Assembly: GCF_018350175.1 (NCBI RefSeq)
Contig: NC_058368.1
Location: 70,868,001 to 70,932,000 of the forward strand
DNA: 64,000 nt
Direction of reading: 5' to 3'
From: Felis catus
Lineage: Eukaryota
Of the stretch, positions 38,518 to 49,705 are shown in pieces. The notes below the pieces were generated by a model. The model had not been told where the DNA came from, searched no databases, and worked only from the letters and a program-made list of their open reading frames with translations. Each line of letters begins with the position of its first letter. The stretch's first letter is position 1. The translations under genes and the position numbers were made by a program.

Positions 38518-39064
38518 TGTATCAGTTTCCTATCGTTGTGGTAATAGGTTCCCACAAAACTGGCTGTTTAGAGGTAACACCTATTTATTATCTCTCAGTT
38601 CTGTAGGTCAGAAGTCTGACCCCGGGCTCACTGGACTAAAATCGAGGCATCAGCCTTACTGGAGTCTCTGGGGAAGGATCCACTTCTAAGCTCATTAAGG
38701 TTGCTGGTAGTCCAAATCCTCACAGCTCTAGGCCCGAGGTCCCTATCCCCTTGCCACCTTAACCTTTAGAGACCTCTCTCCAGTCCTGGCACACAGGATC
38801 CCCACCCCTCAGAGTTAGCAACCTCGTGCTGAATCTGTCTCAGGCTGGGAATCTTCTTGTGTCCTTTGCTGCTGCTGTTTCTGTCTCTAGCCAGGGAAAG
38901 TTCTCTGCTATTAAGGGGTCATGTGATTAGGTTGGACCCATGGAGATAACTCAAATCCATGACCATAATTACACCTTCAAAGTCACTTTTGCCATGCAAA
39001 GTAACATTCACAGATTCTAGGAATTAGAGCATGGGAATCTCTGGGGAACCATTCTGCCTACCAC
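38518..39064 (-). mobile_element. MaLR solo LTR (MLT1C/D-like)
   Basis: TG...CA termini (tgtatcagtttcct ... ttctgcctaccaca), 'cagttctgtaggtcagaagtctg', ~5-bp TSD (gcttc/ccttc). Confidence 0.85.
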
Positions 39065-39287
39065 ACCTTCCTGGGCACCAATCTGATTTCCCTCTTACCT
39101 CACTGGCTGTCTCTCCTCAATCATCCTCCTCTTCCTGACTTCTACACAGGGCCCTGCCCTTCTCTGTTTTTAATCCCTAAAAGATCACAACATTCCCACA
39201 GGTTTAAATATGTGGTGTACTTACACAGGTGGTATATTCCTGGCCAGCATAGATCCTCTCCAGGCTTCTGTGCCCAGTTGCCTTTAA

Positions 39288-39509
39288 CAGCCCTTATCAA
39301 AGTGTAGTCCCTAGATACTAGAATCAGTATTGCCTGGGAATTTGTTAAAAATGAGAATTCTTAGGGCATCTGGGTGGCTCAGTTGGTTAAACGTCCTACT
39401 CTTGGTTTCGGCTCAGGTTATGATCTCATGATTTGCGAGTTCGAGCCCTGCATCTGTCTGCACTGACAGTGCAGAGCCTGCCTGGGATTCTCTCTCTCTG
39501 CCCCTCCCC

Positions 39510-39553
<44 letters not shown>

Positions 39554-39751
39554 GTCCGTCTGTCTCTCTGGTTTGCCCTCTCTTTCAAAATAAACTTTTT
39601 ATTTTTAGTTTGTTTTTTTTTTCTTAATGTGAATTCTTGACCCCATCCCTGTACTCCTGAATCGGAAATTCTGGAAGCAGGGCCCAAAAGTCTGTGTTTT
39701 AACAAGCTCCCCAGGTGAATCTGTTGTTTGCTGAAGGCTCCGGATCACTGG
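39288..39751. mobile_element. MER5A (hAT-Charlie) split by a SINE
   Basis: 'cctgggaatttgttaaaaatg...cctgaatcggaaattctgg...tttaacaagctccccaggtga'. Confidence 0.8.
39363..39622 (+). mobile_element. CAN-SINE inside MER5A
   Basis: TSD AATGWGAATTCTT. Confidence 0.93.
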
Positions 39752-40620
39752 CTACTCAGTCACTCCACCTGGATGTCAAGTACCTGACTTTGGATTCTCT
39801 CTCCTACCTTCTTTACCTTCTCTGTATCAGTCTTCACCATCCATCCACCCAGGTGCTGAAGCCACTGTGATCTGTTATCTGCACACTGGCCAGAGTGATC
39901 TTTTAAAAATATAAGTCAGATGACTCCCTTGCCTTAAAGCCCTCTAATAGTGCCCACTGCCCTTGAAATTAAATCCAAACCTTTGCCCTGCTCTCCAGGG
40001 ACCTCCCTGCCAACCCCTCTGGTCGCCTCTTCTGGTGTTCCCTCTCACTACCATCCAGGTATCCAGGTCTCCTCTATAGTGTATCTCATAAATACCGAGT
40101 TCTTTCCAGCCTTAGGGCCTTTGCACTTGGCTGTCCATTGCCATGTCTGCCCTCCCGCAGTCTTTCAGGTGCCTAGCTTTTTTGCATCCTTCAGGTCTCA
40201 ATTCATCCATCCCTTCTCAAAGACATTGCCCTGCCCCTTTCCAATGTACCTTTCACACAGCCCACCGTTCCCATCCCTCTTTCTCCCACCATTCACTTTC
40301 TGCTTAGCATTTAATACTGTAGTATTATCTTGTTTACTTATGGCCTTACTCTGCTCCTACCACCACTACACTATAAAGTGCAAAAGGACAGAAACTTGTT
40401 TGTCTTGTTCTCTAATGACTCCCTAATACCCAGCTGAGTGTTTGACACATCACAAGTGCTAGGTAAATATTTGTTGAATTAACAAATAAAATTAGCTTTC
40501 TACCTACCTTTGCCAGAACTTGGTCTTGTTTTCATAGGGTAGAGATGACCCCACTGGCAGACGTGGATGCCTAGGCCTGTGGGGGTCATGGCCTGCTGGT
40601 CTAGAGCTCCTTGTTTCTTA

Positions 40621-40839
40621 AAAAAAAAAAATTTTTTTTTTTAATGTTTGTTTCTGAGAGAGACAGAGGGAGACAGCGTGAGCAGGAGAGGGGCAGAGAG
40701 AGACACACAAAATCTGAAGCAGGCTCCAAGCTCTGAGCTGTCAGCACAGAGCCTGACACAGGGCTTGAACCCACAAACTATGAGATCATGACCTGAGCTG
40801 AAGTCGGATGCTTAACTGACTCAGCCACCCAGGCACACC
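40621..40839 (-). mobile_element. CAN-SINE
   Basis: Full body. Confidence 0.95.
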
Positions 40840-40855
40840 AGCTTCTTGCTTCTTC

Positions 40856-41059
40856 TTTTTTTTTTTTTTAATTTTTTTTAACGTTTAATCATTTTTTGAG
40901 ACAGAGAGAGAGCATGAATGGGGGAAGGTCAGAGAGAGAGGGAGACACAGAATCCAAAACAGGCTCCAGGCTCTGAGTTGTCAGCACAGAGCCCGACACG
41001 GGGCTCGAACTCACAGACCGAAGTCAGACACCCAACCGACTGAGCCACCCAGGCACCCC
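40856..41059 (-). mobile_element. CAN-SINE with internal deletion
   Basis: TSD GCTTCTTGCTTCTT. Confidence 0.93.
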
Positions 41060-41242
41060 GCTTCTTGCTTCTTAATACTCCTAGAGATCCTCTTCTACCT
41101 CTGTCTTTTCCAATCAGTAATTTTCACCACACTCCTGTGATGTGCATTGTATGTGACAACCATAATATTTATTAGCTGTATAACAAAATGTCATTGACCT
41201 TTGAAACATTTAAAAGACTTTATATTAAAAAGTTCATAATTT

Positions 41243-41475
41243 GGAGGCACCTGCATGGCTCAGTCAGTTAAGCGTCTGACTCTTGGTTTTCTCTCAAGTC
41301 ATGATCTCACAATTCATGAGATTGAGCCCTGAATAAGGCTCCAAGCTGACAGCATTGAGCCTGCTTGGGATTTTCTCTGCCTCTCTTTCTGCCCCTTTCC
41401 TGCTCATGCGCACGCATATTCTCTCTCTCTCTCTTTCTCTCTCAAATAAATAAATAAAACTTAAAAAAAAAAAGA
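41243..41475 (+). mobile_element. CAN-SINE
   Basis: TSD AAAAAGTTCA. Confidence 0.93.
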
Positions 41476-41495
41476 GTGTTTTAAAAAAAAGTTCA

Positions 41496-41690
41496 GGGGT
41501 GCCTGGGGGGCTCAGTCAGTTGAGTGTCAGACTTCAGCCTAGGACATGATCTCACTATTCATGGGTTCAAGCCCTGCCCTCAGAGCCTGGAGCCTGCTTC
41601 AGATTCTGTGTCTCCCTTTCTTTCTGACCCTCCCCTGCTCATTCTCTCTTTCTCTGTCTCTCTCAAAAATAAGTAAACCTTAAAAAAAAA
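41496..41690 (+). mobile_element. CAN-SINE
   Basis: Inserted at the TSD of the previous SINE. Confidence 0.93.
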
Positions 41691-41699
41691 AGTTCATAA

Positions 41700-42212
41700 T
41701 TCAATAATACTGAGTAAAGGAAGTCAGACACAGAAGAGTAATTCTGTAATTCTGTTTATTTGAAATAAAAACTACACTTTATCAGATAATCTGTGATTGC
41801 ATGAGTCAAGCTAGTGGCTGTTCCTGTTAGGGTGCTTTGGGGAGTACATGAGGGTGTCTTCTGGGTGCTGGAAATGTCCTGTATCTTTTTTTAAAGTTTA
41901 TTTATTTAGAGAGAGAGAGCGAGAGCAAGCAGGGGAGGGGCAGAGAGGGAGGGAGAGAGAGAATCCCAAGCAGGCTCTGCACTGTCAGCACAGAGTCCAG
42001 CATGGGGCTCAAACTCACAAACTGTGAGATCATGACCTGAGCTGAAATCAGGAGTCGGATGCTCAACCGACTGCACCACCCAGGTGCCCCAAATGTTTTG
42101 TATCTTGATCTTGAGAGTATACATGTATAATGTGTACATCAAGTGTATGGTTAAGATTTGTGTTACCCTATGGATGTTTTACCTCAAAAAAATCTAAATA
42201 AGTAAATAAAAA
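41700..42212 (+). mobile_element. L1ME-like 3' end, split by a SINE
   Basis: 'aagtcagacacagaagagta...ttctgggtgctggaaatgt...tatcttgatct...tacctcaa'. Confidence 0.7.
41886..42090 (-). mobile_element. CAN-SINE
   Basis: TSD AAATGTYYTGTATCTT. Confidence 0.95.
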
Positions 42213-43464
42213 TACCTTCAAAAAAGGGCAGGGGGAGGAAGTGTAGATTGGCAGCTGTCTGAAGGAAGTGATGTGAAAGATCTGGGAGAGAGTCCCCTTA
42301 CTGCACTGCAGTAGCTGACTTCACTCTGATCTACCTTTAAATTGGGAGGTTGGGTTTTTCTTTGTTTTTTAAAGAATCTGGAGATTGGACAGTGTTTCTC
42401 CTTCCCCTCCAGAGGCCCAGAGCAATGTGGCCGGGTGCATTCTGGACTGGGCAGCACTAACATTTGTTCTTCCTAGGGACCGTCTGCTACTTTTCTCTGC
42501 CCCAGTGGAGCTGGGGGAATAATAAAGCTGTTATTATTTATACTGCACAGCATTTTTGTCAGCGGTCTTTGTCATTGAGAGTTGTGAAGTTGGCGTAGGA
42601 CATGAGGGAATTTGTGAGTTTTTAATCTGGGTAGAAGAGAGGTAAAGGGGTTTATTTTCCAGGATGTTGCTTTTCCAAACACTTGCAGTTTTTCCCACCC
42701 CTTCTCTCGGCCCCTTCCTGAACTGTGTCCTTTCACATGCATTTTAGTGACCTCTGAACTCCCTGCCTCCAGCCCGTGTCTCCTGGCCACTGCTGCCACC
42801 CTTTTGATCTGCCTTTTCTTGTCAGTACTGTCACCGTGGCTCCCAACCAGTGTCCCTGCCACCAGGGAATGTATGAAATCCTCCTATTTACTTGTCAGCT
42901 TTCTCTATGGTTAGTCTCTAATATCCCTCTGACTTAAACATCCTGTTGTTTGAGGAAAAAAGAGTAATTGTTGGTCTCCAGAAGTACAGACCTTGACTCA
43001 GATATCACACCTGGCTCCATCTCTGACTGCTGCACTTGGAAAGGAACCTTCTTCCTGCCTCCCTAACTTCCTCAAATGAGGAGTTGTTCTTCCTCTCCAG
43101 TGTCACTGCCTCCGCCTTCCTTCCTTCTCCTTGGGGACTCTTAGGACACCAGTTTAGCCCTTCTCTCTCCTGTTTTTTTTTACTTCCTGCCCCAATGCCT
43201 ACGAAGAGATTCTATACACATTTCTGTCAAAAATGAAGTGAAACATGGACTTTGCTTCATGTCCACTTCTTTAAGCCATTGGCATGTCTCTCAATTTCTC
43301 TTCATTCCTAATGTCTCTGAGGAGTTGTCTGTACTCACCTTCTCTATATCCCCACTAAGTGGCATTGAATTCTCAGTCCATTAGAACATCTGTATCTCAT
43401 CTAACGCTGCACCTGTCCCCTGGGGTTTTAAATGCTTTCAGAATTGCCGAATCCAAGGCCCGAT

Positions 43465-43690
43465 TTTTATTAAATTTTTTTTTATTTTTATAATTTAAAA
43501 AAATATTTATTTTTGAGAGAGAGAGCATGAGCAGGGGAAGGGAGGAGAGAGAGAGAGAGAGGGACAGAGGATCCAGGTGAGCTCCAGGCTGATAGCAGAG
43601 AGACCAGTGTGGGGCTTGAACTCAAGAACCATGAGATTATGACCTGAGCTGAAGTTGGATGCTCAACTGACTGAGCCACCCAGGCGCCCC
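43465..43690 (-). mobile_element. CAN-SINE
   Basis: Full body, degenerate TSD. Confidence 0.93.
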
Positions 43691-43721
43691 AACCAAGACC
43701 CCATTTTTAATCCTAATACTC

Positions 43722-43912
43722 ATTTTTTTTTAATTTAAGTTTATTTATTTTGAGAGAGAAACAGAGTCCATGAGCTGGGGAGGGGCAGAGAGAGAGAGAG
43801 AGGGAGAAAGAGAGGATCCCAAGCAGGCTCTGTGCTATCAGCAAACTAAGATCATAACCTGAACCAAAGTCAAGAGCCAGATGCTTAATTGACTGAGCCA
43901 GCCAGGCACCCC
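43722..43912 (-). mobile_element. CAN-SINE with internal deletion
   Basis: Head, (CT)n and tail present. Confidence 0.9.
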
Positions 43913-45165
43913 AATCCTCAGTTGACTTGGATTCTTGGTGTTGTAGATCGTGCCCACTTCTCTAAACTTTCTCCACCCTCTCCCCCATATTGAGGATGCT
44001 AATCTCTGTAGGTTTTTTTGTTTTCCAACATTCCTTCCTGGTTTTCTAAAAGGATTTGTTGTTCTTCATTGGACCCTAAAATCCTGATACTGCCCTTGAT
44101 GATGACATTCTCTTCCTTTATGATGGTCTCAGAATCTTCTTTCAACCTGGATGTTTGTACAGCTCTTCAAATTTTGTATATACCAACCTGATTTCAGTAT
44201 GTTTCTCAAAAAATCTCTTCCTAAATTTGGGTCTATAAAATGGTGCAGTTTTAGTGCTTACCATGTTGTGTTGTGATTTATCTCTTTGCATGTCTGTCAA
44301 TCCAACTAAAATTTGAATGCCACAAAGGCGAGACTTAACGTCTTTTTTTTACAAAATCTGTGCTTGATTGTTGCTAGTGTATGGGAATGCTGCTTGATTT
44401 TTTTTAATGTAAATTTGCATTTTCATGAAGTAATACAAGACTCAGAGTTTCTCTATTGAGTGCTCTGCCGGCTTGTTTTTGGTCTTTATCTTTCATGTTA
44501 GTGACTTCTCATCAAATGTCTAGTGATCTGTGGGTATTAGTCCATATTTAAGAATGAGGAACTTAAAAATTTATGGGGAGTTCTTTGTGGGTGCTAACGG
44601 ATGGACTTCATGTAGAGTTATCAGATGGGGACCTGCCACCTTCACCAGGGGATTGCCTGTCATCAGTGTCTGTGAGGCCTCTGTTTCTCACAGAGGAATC
44701 TTCCAACCTCTGACTTACAGGAGTAACCTGGCTGCCAGCATTGTGGGAGCCAAGGAGGAAGGGCCCTGAGGAATCCTCACCATTCCGTATGCTGACTTGC
44801 ACTTGGTCCAGTTTTTACCTCCATGACTGACTAACTCCTCATTGCTGGGTTTTACAGCCACAAGTTGGAAGCTGTTTTGGTTCAATTTCTCCAGAGAGAG
44901 TTCCTTCCTCTCCTTTATTAGGATGGGAAAGTTAGTAGGGGCAGGGTCTTAGTGCTTACACAAATTTACAATCTGTTCAAGCTCACAACCCTGCCTCCAG
45001 AGGTTCCAGAAACCTCAGTTCCTAAGCATTTCCAGGGCTGTTACAGAAAGACACTTGATTTTTTTGGCCTGCCACCCACCCCTCTTTGGCCCCAGTACTT
45101 CAGGCAGTTGGTAGTTAGCTTTTCATCTGCTGACTCACTTTCCATTTTCCACATTTGTTGACATC

Positions 45166-45381
45166 TTTTTTTTTTTTTTTTTAACATTTATTTATTGTTG
45201 AGAGATAGAGACAGACTGCGAGCAGGGGAGGAGCAGAGAGAGGGAGACACAGAATCCGAAGCAGGCTCCAGGCTCTGAGCTGTCAGCATTGAGCCCGACA
45301 TGGGGCTCGAACCCATGAACCGTGAGATCATGACCTGACCTGAAGTTGGACGCTTAACCAACTGAGCTACCCACGTGCCCC
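45166..45381 (-). mobile_element. CAN-SINE
   Basis: TSD TTGTTGACATCTTTT. Confidence 0.95.
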
Positions 45382-46041
45382 TTGTTGACATCTTTTAAAA
45401 GTGGTTTCTTCCATTACATCTGGTCCTGTGGATTCATACTCCTCCCCTTCAGTGTGGGTTCTTGAAAGGAAGTAGAGATCTGGAATGTTTCTGCCTTTGA
45501 TTTTAGTATTTTGATTTAGTAACCAGCCAACTTTATGAACATTTATTAGTTTTCAAAAAATTATGTTGTTTTTTATTGTTGGATTTTAGGAGTTCTATAT
45601 ATATTCTGGATATTAATCCCTTATTAGATATATGATTTGCAAATATTTTCTCCCATTCTGTGGGTTGCCTTTTAACTGTTTATAGTATCTTTTCATGCAC
45701 AAAACTCTTTACATTATTGAATTTGATAAATGATTTTCCTACATCTTTTGAGATGTTCAGAGTATTTTTCTTTTCTAAATGAAGTGAGCTATACTAATAT
45801 ACTTGTTAATGTTAAGTCATTGTTGCATTACTGGTATGAAACAATTTTTTTTTTTAATTTTCTTGATTTGGTTTGCTAAAATTCAGGAATTTTGCATTTA
45901 TGATTTGAGACTGGTCTGTAATTTTCTTGTATTCACCTTCTTTGGTTTTTATACTCTCTTCAAATATGTTGGGAGGAATTATTGATGAACTTTCCCTTAT
46001 TCTATTCTGTGAAATAGTTTGTATAAGATAAGAGTTTTCTG

Positions 46042-46228
46042 GGGGTGCCTGGGTGGCTTAGTCGGTTGAGCACCCAACTCTTAGCTTTAGCTCAGGTCAT
46101 GATCTCACAGTTTGTGAGTTCAAGCCTTATGTCAGTCTCTGTACTGACAGTGCAGAGCCTGCTTGTCCCTCCCCTGCTTGCTCTCTTTCTCTCTCTCTCT
46201 AAAAATAAATAACTTAAAACCTTAAAAA
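46042..46228 (+). mobile_element. CAN-SINE
   Basis: TSD TAAGATAWGA. Confidence 0.92.
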
Positions 46229-46324
46229 TAAGATATGAATTTTCTGTTTCTTAAAGGCTTCTTAAAACTTGCTAGAAATTATCTGTACAACTTTTATATG
46301 TATCTTGACTATTAATTCAATATG

Positions 46325-46402
46325 TTTAATATGAATTTTTATTTAATTTTATTATTTATTTATTTTTATTAATTTTATTTAATTTATTTAATTTTATTTA
46401 AT
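46325..46402. repeat. AT-rich low-complexity / (ATTTTATTA)n
   Basis: Read directly. Confidence 0.7.
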
Positions 46403-46590
46403 ATGATTTTTTCAGGTTTTCCTAGTTCTTATTGAGTCCCTTTTGGTGCTTATATTTATCTAGGAAATTACTCATATTGTCTGTTTTCGAATTTACTGCC
46501 ACAGAGTTGTTTCTAGCATTCTCTTATTCTCTTCTGCACCTGTAGGTTTAGGTTTTGGGTTTTTTTATTTCTAATATTATTTATGCCATC

Positions 46591-46818
46591 TTTTAAATAA
46601 ATTTTTTTCTTTTTTTTAACATTTATTTATTTTGAGAGAGACAGAGAGTGAGCATGAGCAGGGGAGGGACAGAGAGAGGAAGAGAGAGAATTCCAAGCAG
46701 GCTCCACACTGTTAGTGCGGAATCCGATGCAGGGCTCGATCCCACAAACCGTTGAGATCAGGACCTGAGGCAAAACCAAGAGTCAGATGCTTAACCAACT
46801 GAGCTCCCCTAGGCACCC
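46591..46818 (-). mobile_element. CAN-SINE
   Basis: TSD TTRTGCCRTCTTT. Confidence 0.93.
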
Positions 46819-47023
46819 TTGTGCCGTCTTTATTTTGATCTGACAGAGTTTTGTTTATTTTATCTTTTCAAAGTATCAGTATTTTATTTTGGTGATCTTT
46901 GATTAATTTTCACTCTTATTTTTATTATCCTGTCTACTTTCTTTGAATTAAGTCTTTTGCTCTTTAAAAAAAAAAATCCTGAGTAGAAAAGCTAACTCAT
47001 TAATATTTTACTCTTTCTTTTTT

Positions 47024-47486
47024 ATTTATTTTGACTATTTACAAAAGTTTATTTAACAAAGAAGTTCAGTATGAAAATGCACATGATCTGATTTTTATAT
47101 TGTAGTAAAACAGGTGCTATGCAGAGGGGACACGTGGAAACAGTTGATTTCTTCTGGTGAACACAGCTATTGTTTATACTCCGTTCCAAGGCCAAGGTTT
47201 CTAACATGATGATAGTATTTCTTCGAATTATCACCATTCTGGTATTGTTCTGTTGCCCACTAGTTGCCATCTCCACACATTCATCTATCACAAGATTCAT
47301 AAAGGGATTGAACTCCCACAGTATTTCCTGGACATGTTTGCCACCATTTAATTTCAACGATAATTTCTTGTCTATAAGTTTTTTCAACTTGGGCGGGTGA
47401 CTTTTTCTCATGGTGTCTACTCCACAAACTCAGAGGCACCTCCAAATGGAATTTGTGACGTCCTTCACACTGCTACAGTGGGCCCC
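47024..47486 (-). pseudogene. SNRPG: Processed retrocopy of SNRPG (snRNP core protein SmG), including 5'UTR, CDS, 3'UTR and a poly(A) remnant
   Basis: ORF 47411-47049 matches mammalian SmG as recalled ([76 protein letters not shown]), with 56 of the first 71 residues identical. It is intronless, has AATAAA at 47053-47048 and an A-rich tail. A TSD-like TACTCTTTCTTTTTT lies at 47009, with a degenerate copy at 47487. The Sm2 motif IRG is changed to IRR. Confidence 0.95.
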
Positions 47487-47497
47487 TATTCTCTCTC

Positions 47498-47718
47498 TTT
47501 TTTTTAAGTTTATTTATTCTGAGAGAAGGAGAGAGAGCATGAGCGCACACACACGATTGGTGGAGGGGCAGAGAGAGAGAAAGACAAAAATCCCAAGCAG
47601 GCTCTGTGCTGTCAGCGCAGAGCCCTCTGTGAGGCTCGATCTCACGAACTGTGAGATCATGACCTGAGCTGAGATCAAGAGTTGGATGCTTAAATGACTG
47701 AGCCACCCAGGCATCCCC
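47498..47718 (-). mobile_element. CAN-SINE abutting the retrocopy 5' end
   Basis: Full body. Confidence 0.95.
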
Positions 47719-48025
47719 TTCTTCTTTCTTTCTTCCTTTCTTTCTTTCTTTCTTTCTTTTCTTTCTTTTCTTTTCTTTTCTTTTCTTTTCTTTTCTTTTC
47801 TTTTCTTTTCTTTTCTTTTCTTTTCTTTTCTTTCTTTTCTTTCTTCTTGAGACAGAGATCATGAACAGGGGAGGGGCAGAGAGAGAGGGAGACACAGCAT
47901 CTGAAACAGGCTCCAGGCTCTGAGTGGTCAGCAAAGAGCCCAACGTGGGTCTCGAACCCACGAACTGTGAGATCATGACCTGAGCTGAAGTGGACGCTTA
48001 ACCGATTGAGCCACCCAGGCGCCCC
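47719..48025 (-). mobile_element. CAN-SINE with expanded (GAAA)n/(GAAAA)n tail (47719-47845)
   Basis: Full body followed by the TSD copy at 48026. Confidence 0.95.
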
Positions 48026-48432
48026 TACTCTTTCTTTTTTAATACATTCATTTAAGCTTGTAAATTTCCCCCTAAGAACTACCTTAGGTGTGTTTTACAG
48101 GCTTAGGTATGTAATGTTTCATTTTTACTATATTTTAAATATTTCCCTTTAATTATAATTTTTCTGATTCATGGATTATTTGAAAGTATGTGTTTGAGTT
48201 TTCGGAATTACTGACTTCAGACTTCGTTGTACTGTGGTGAGAGAATTCAGTTTGTACAAGATTGGCTAGTATTTCCTGATACTTCTTTTCTGGGCTTGTA
48301 AGTCATCACATTTTGTAAATGTTCCATGTGTACTTTAAAAGAATGTGTATTCTCTAATTACTGAGTGAAGAAATATTTGTATATTCATTAGTGCTTATTA
48401 ATTTCCTCTTCAAACACTCTGTTCTTACTAAA

Positions 48433-48571
48433 TTTTTCTCTTTTATTTTTTTCAAATATTTTATTTATTTATTTTTATTAGAAGTAGGCTCCAAACCCAC
48501 CATGGGACTTTGAACTCATGACCCTGAAATCAAGAGTCGCATGCTCCACTGATTGATCCCGCCAGGCGCCC
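48433..48571 (-). mobile_element. Short CAN-SINE
   Basis: 'gaactcatgaccctgaaatcaagagtcgcatgctc...ccaggcgccc'. Confidence 0.85.
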
Positions 48572-48796
48572 TCTTTTACTATTTTTATGTACCATTCTGT
48601 TGGGTCTATTTTCCTTCATTTCCTGCTTTTAATTGGATTTACTAAGCTTTATTCCTTCAATTTTTGTTTTTTTGTTTCTTTATATTGATTTTCAAGTTGT
48701 ATATTCTGGTTTTTTCTTTTGGTGATTACTTTTATAATTTTAATGTGTACGTATATATTTAAAAAAATATATATATATATATTTTTTTTTTTGGGG

Positions 48797-49018
48797 GGGG
48801 GTGCCTGGTTGGCTCAGTCGGTTAAGCATCTCACTTAGGCTCGGGTCATGATCTCATGGTTTGTGAGTTCGGCCCCACATTGGGCTCTGTGCTGACAGCT
48901 CGGAGCCTGGAGCCTTCTTCGGATTCTGTGTCTGCGTCTCTCTCTGCCGCTCCCCTGCTCACACTCTGTCTCTCTCTGTCTCTCAATAGTGAATAAACAT
49001 TAAAAAAAATTTTTTTTA
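48797..49018 (+). mobile_element. CAN-SINE (SINEC_Fc)
   Basis: Full body; inserted in the tail of an opposite-strand SINE. Confidence 0.95.
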
Positions 49019-49047
49019 ATGTAAAAAATATATATGTATGTATATAC

Positions 49048-49273
49048 TTTTTTTTTTTTTTTTTACATTTATTCACCTGAGAGAGAGAGACAGAGCATGA
49101 GCAGGGAGGGACAGAGAGAGAGACACACACATACACACACACAGAATCCGAAGCAGGCTCCAGGCTCCCAGCTGTCAGCATAGAGCTGGATGCAGGGCTC
49201 GAACCCACAAACCACGAGATCATGACCCCAGCCAAAGTCGGATGTTTAACCAACCGAGCCACTCAGGCACCCC
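49048..49273 (-). mobile_element. CAN-SINE (SINEC_Fc)
   Basis: Full body; outer TSD TAATGTGTA at 48741 and 49274. Confidence 0.95.
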
Positions 49274-49497
49274 TAATGTGTATATTTGATTTAACAAAGT
49301 CTAAAGTTAACTGATAAATCTCTAATAGCCTTCTGAACAAAGTGCTCTGATGTATTTTAGCCCTGATATAGTCTCCTAGTCTTTCATGTCCTCTGTCTAG
49401 TCAGAGCCTGCTAATTGTCTTGTTTTTTAAGTCCTTTGTTTAAAATGAGAGGACATTATTATTGCTGCTGCTGTTCTTTTTATAGTAAAGGCCCTTT

Positions 49498-49705
49498 AAA
49501 AAAATTTTTTTTAATGGTTTTTATTTTTGAGAGAGACAAAGCACAAGTGAGCACAAGCATAAGCAGGGAGTGGGGAGACACAGAATCTGAAGAAGGCTCC
49601 AAGCTGTCAGCACAGAGCCCAACATAGGGCTTGAATTCATGAACAGTGAGATCATGACCTGAGCCAAGGTCAGATGCTTAACTGATTGAGCCACCCAGGT
49701 GCCCC
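49498..49705 (-). mobile_element. CAN-SINE
   Basis: Degenerate TSD TATAGTRARGGCYCTTT. Confidence 0.93.

Larger units (their letters stand above)
38140..40490 (+). mobile_element. Fragmented L2, interrupted by MLT1, MER5A and a SINE
   Basis: Pyrimidine-rich L2 text (ccagagtgatctttt..., cttagggcctttgcacttggctgt) and terminus 'aaatatttgttgaatt'. Confidence 0.75.
43060..44400 (+). mobile_element. Highly diverged L2 fragments, split by two SINEs
   Basis: Pyrimidine-rich L2-like text. Confidence 0.45.

Noticed and set aside
39950..40426. 158-aa Pro/Leu/Ser-rich ORF
   Set aside because: Lies within pyrimidine-rich L2 sequence.
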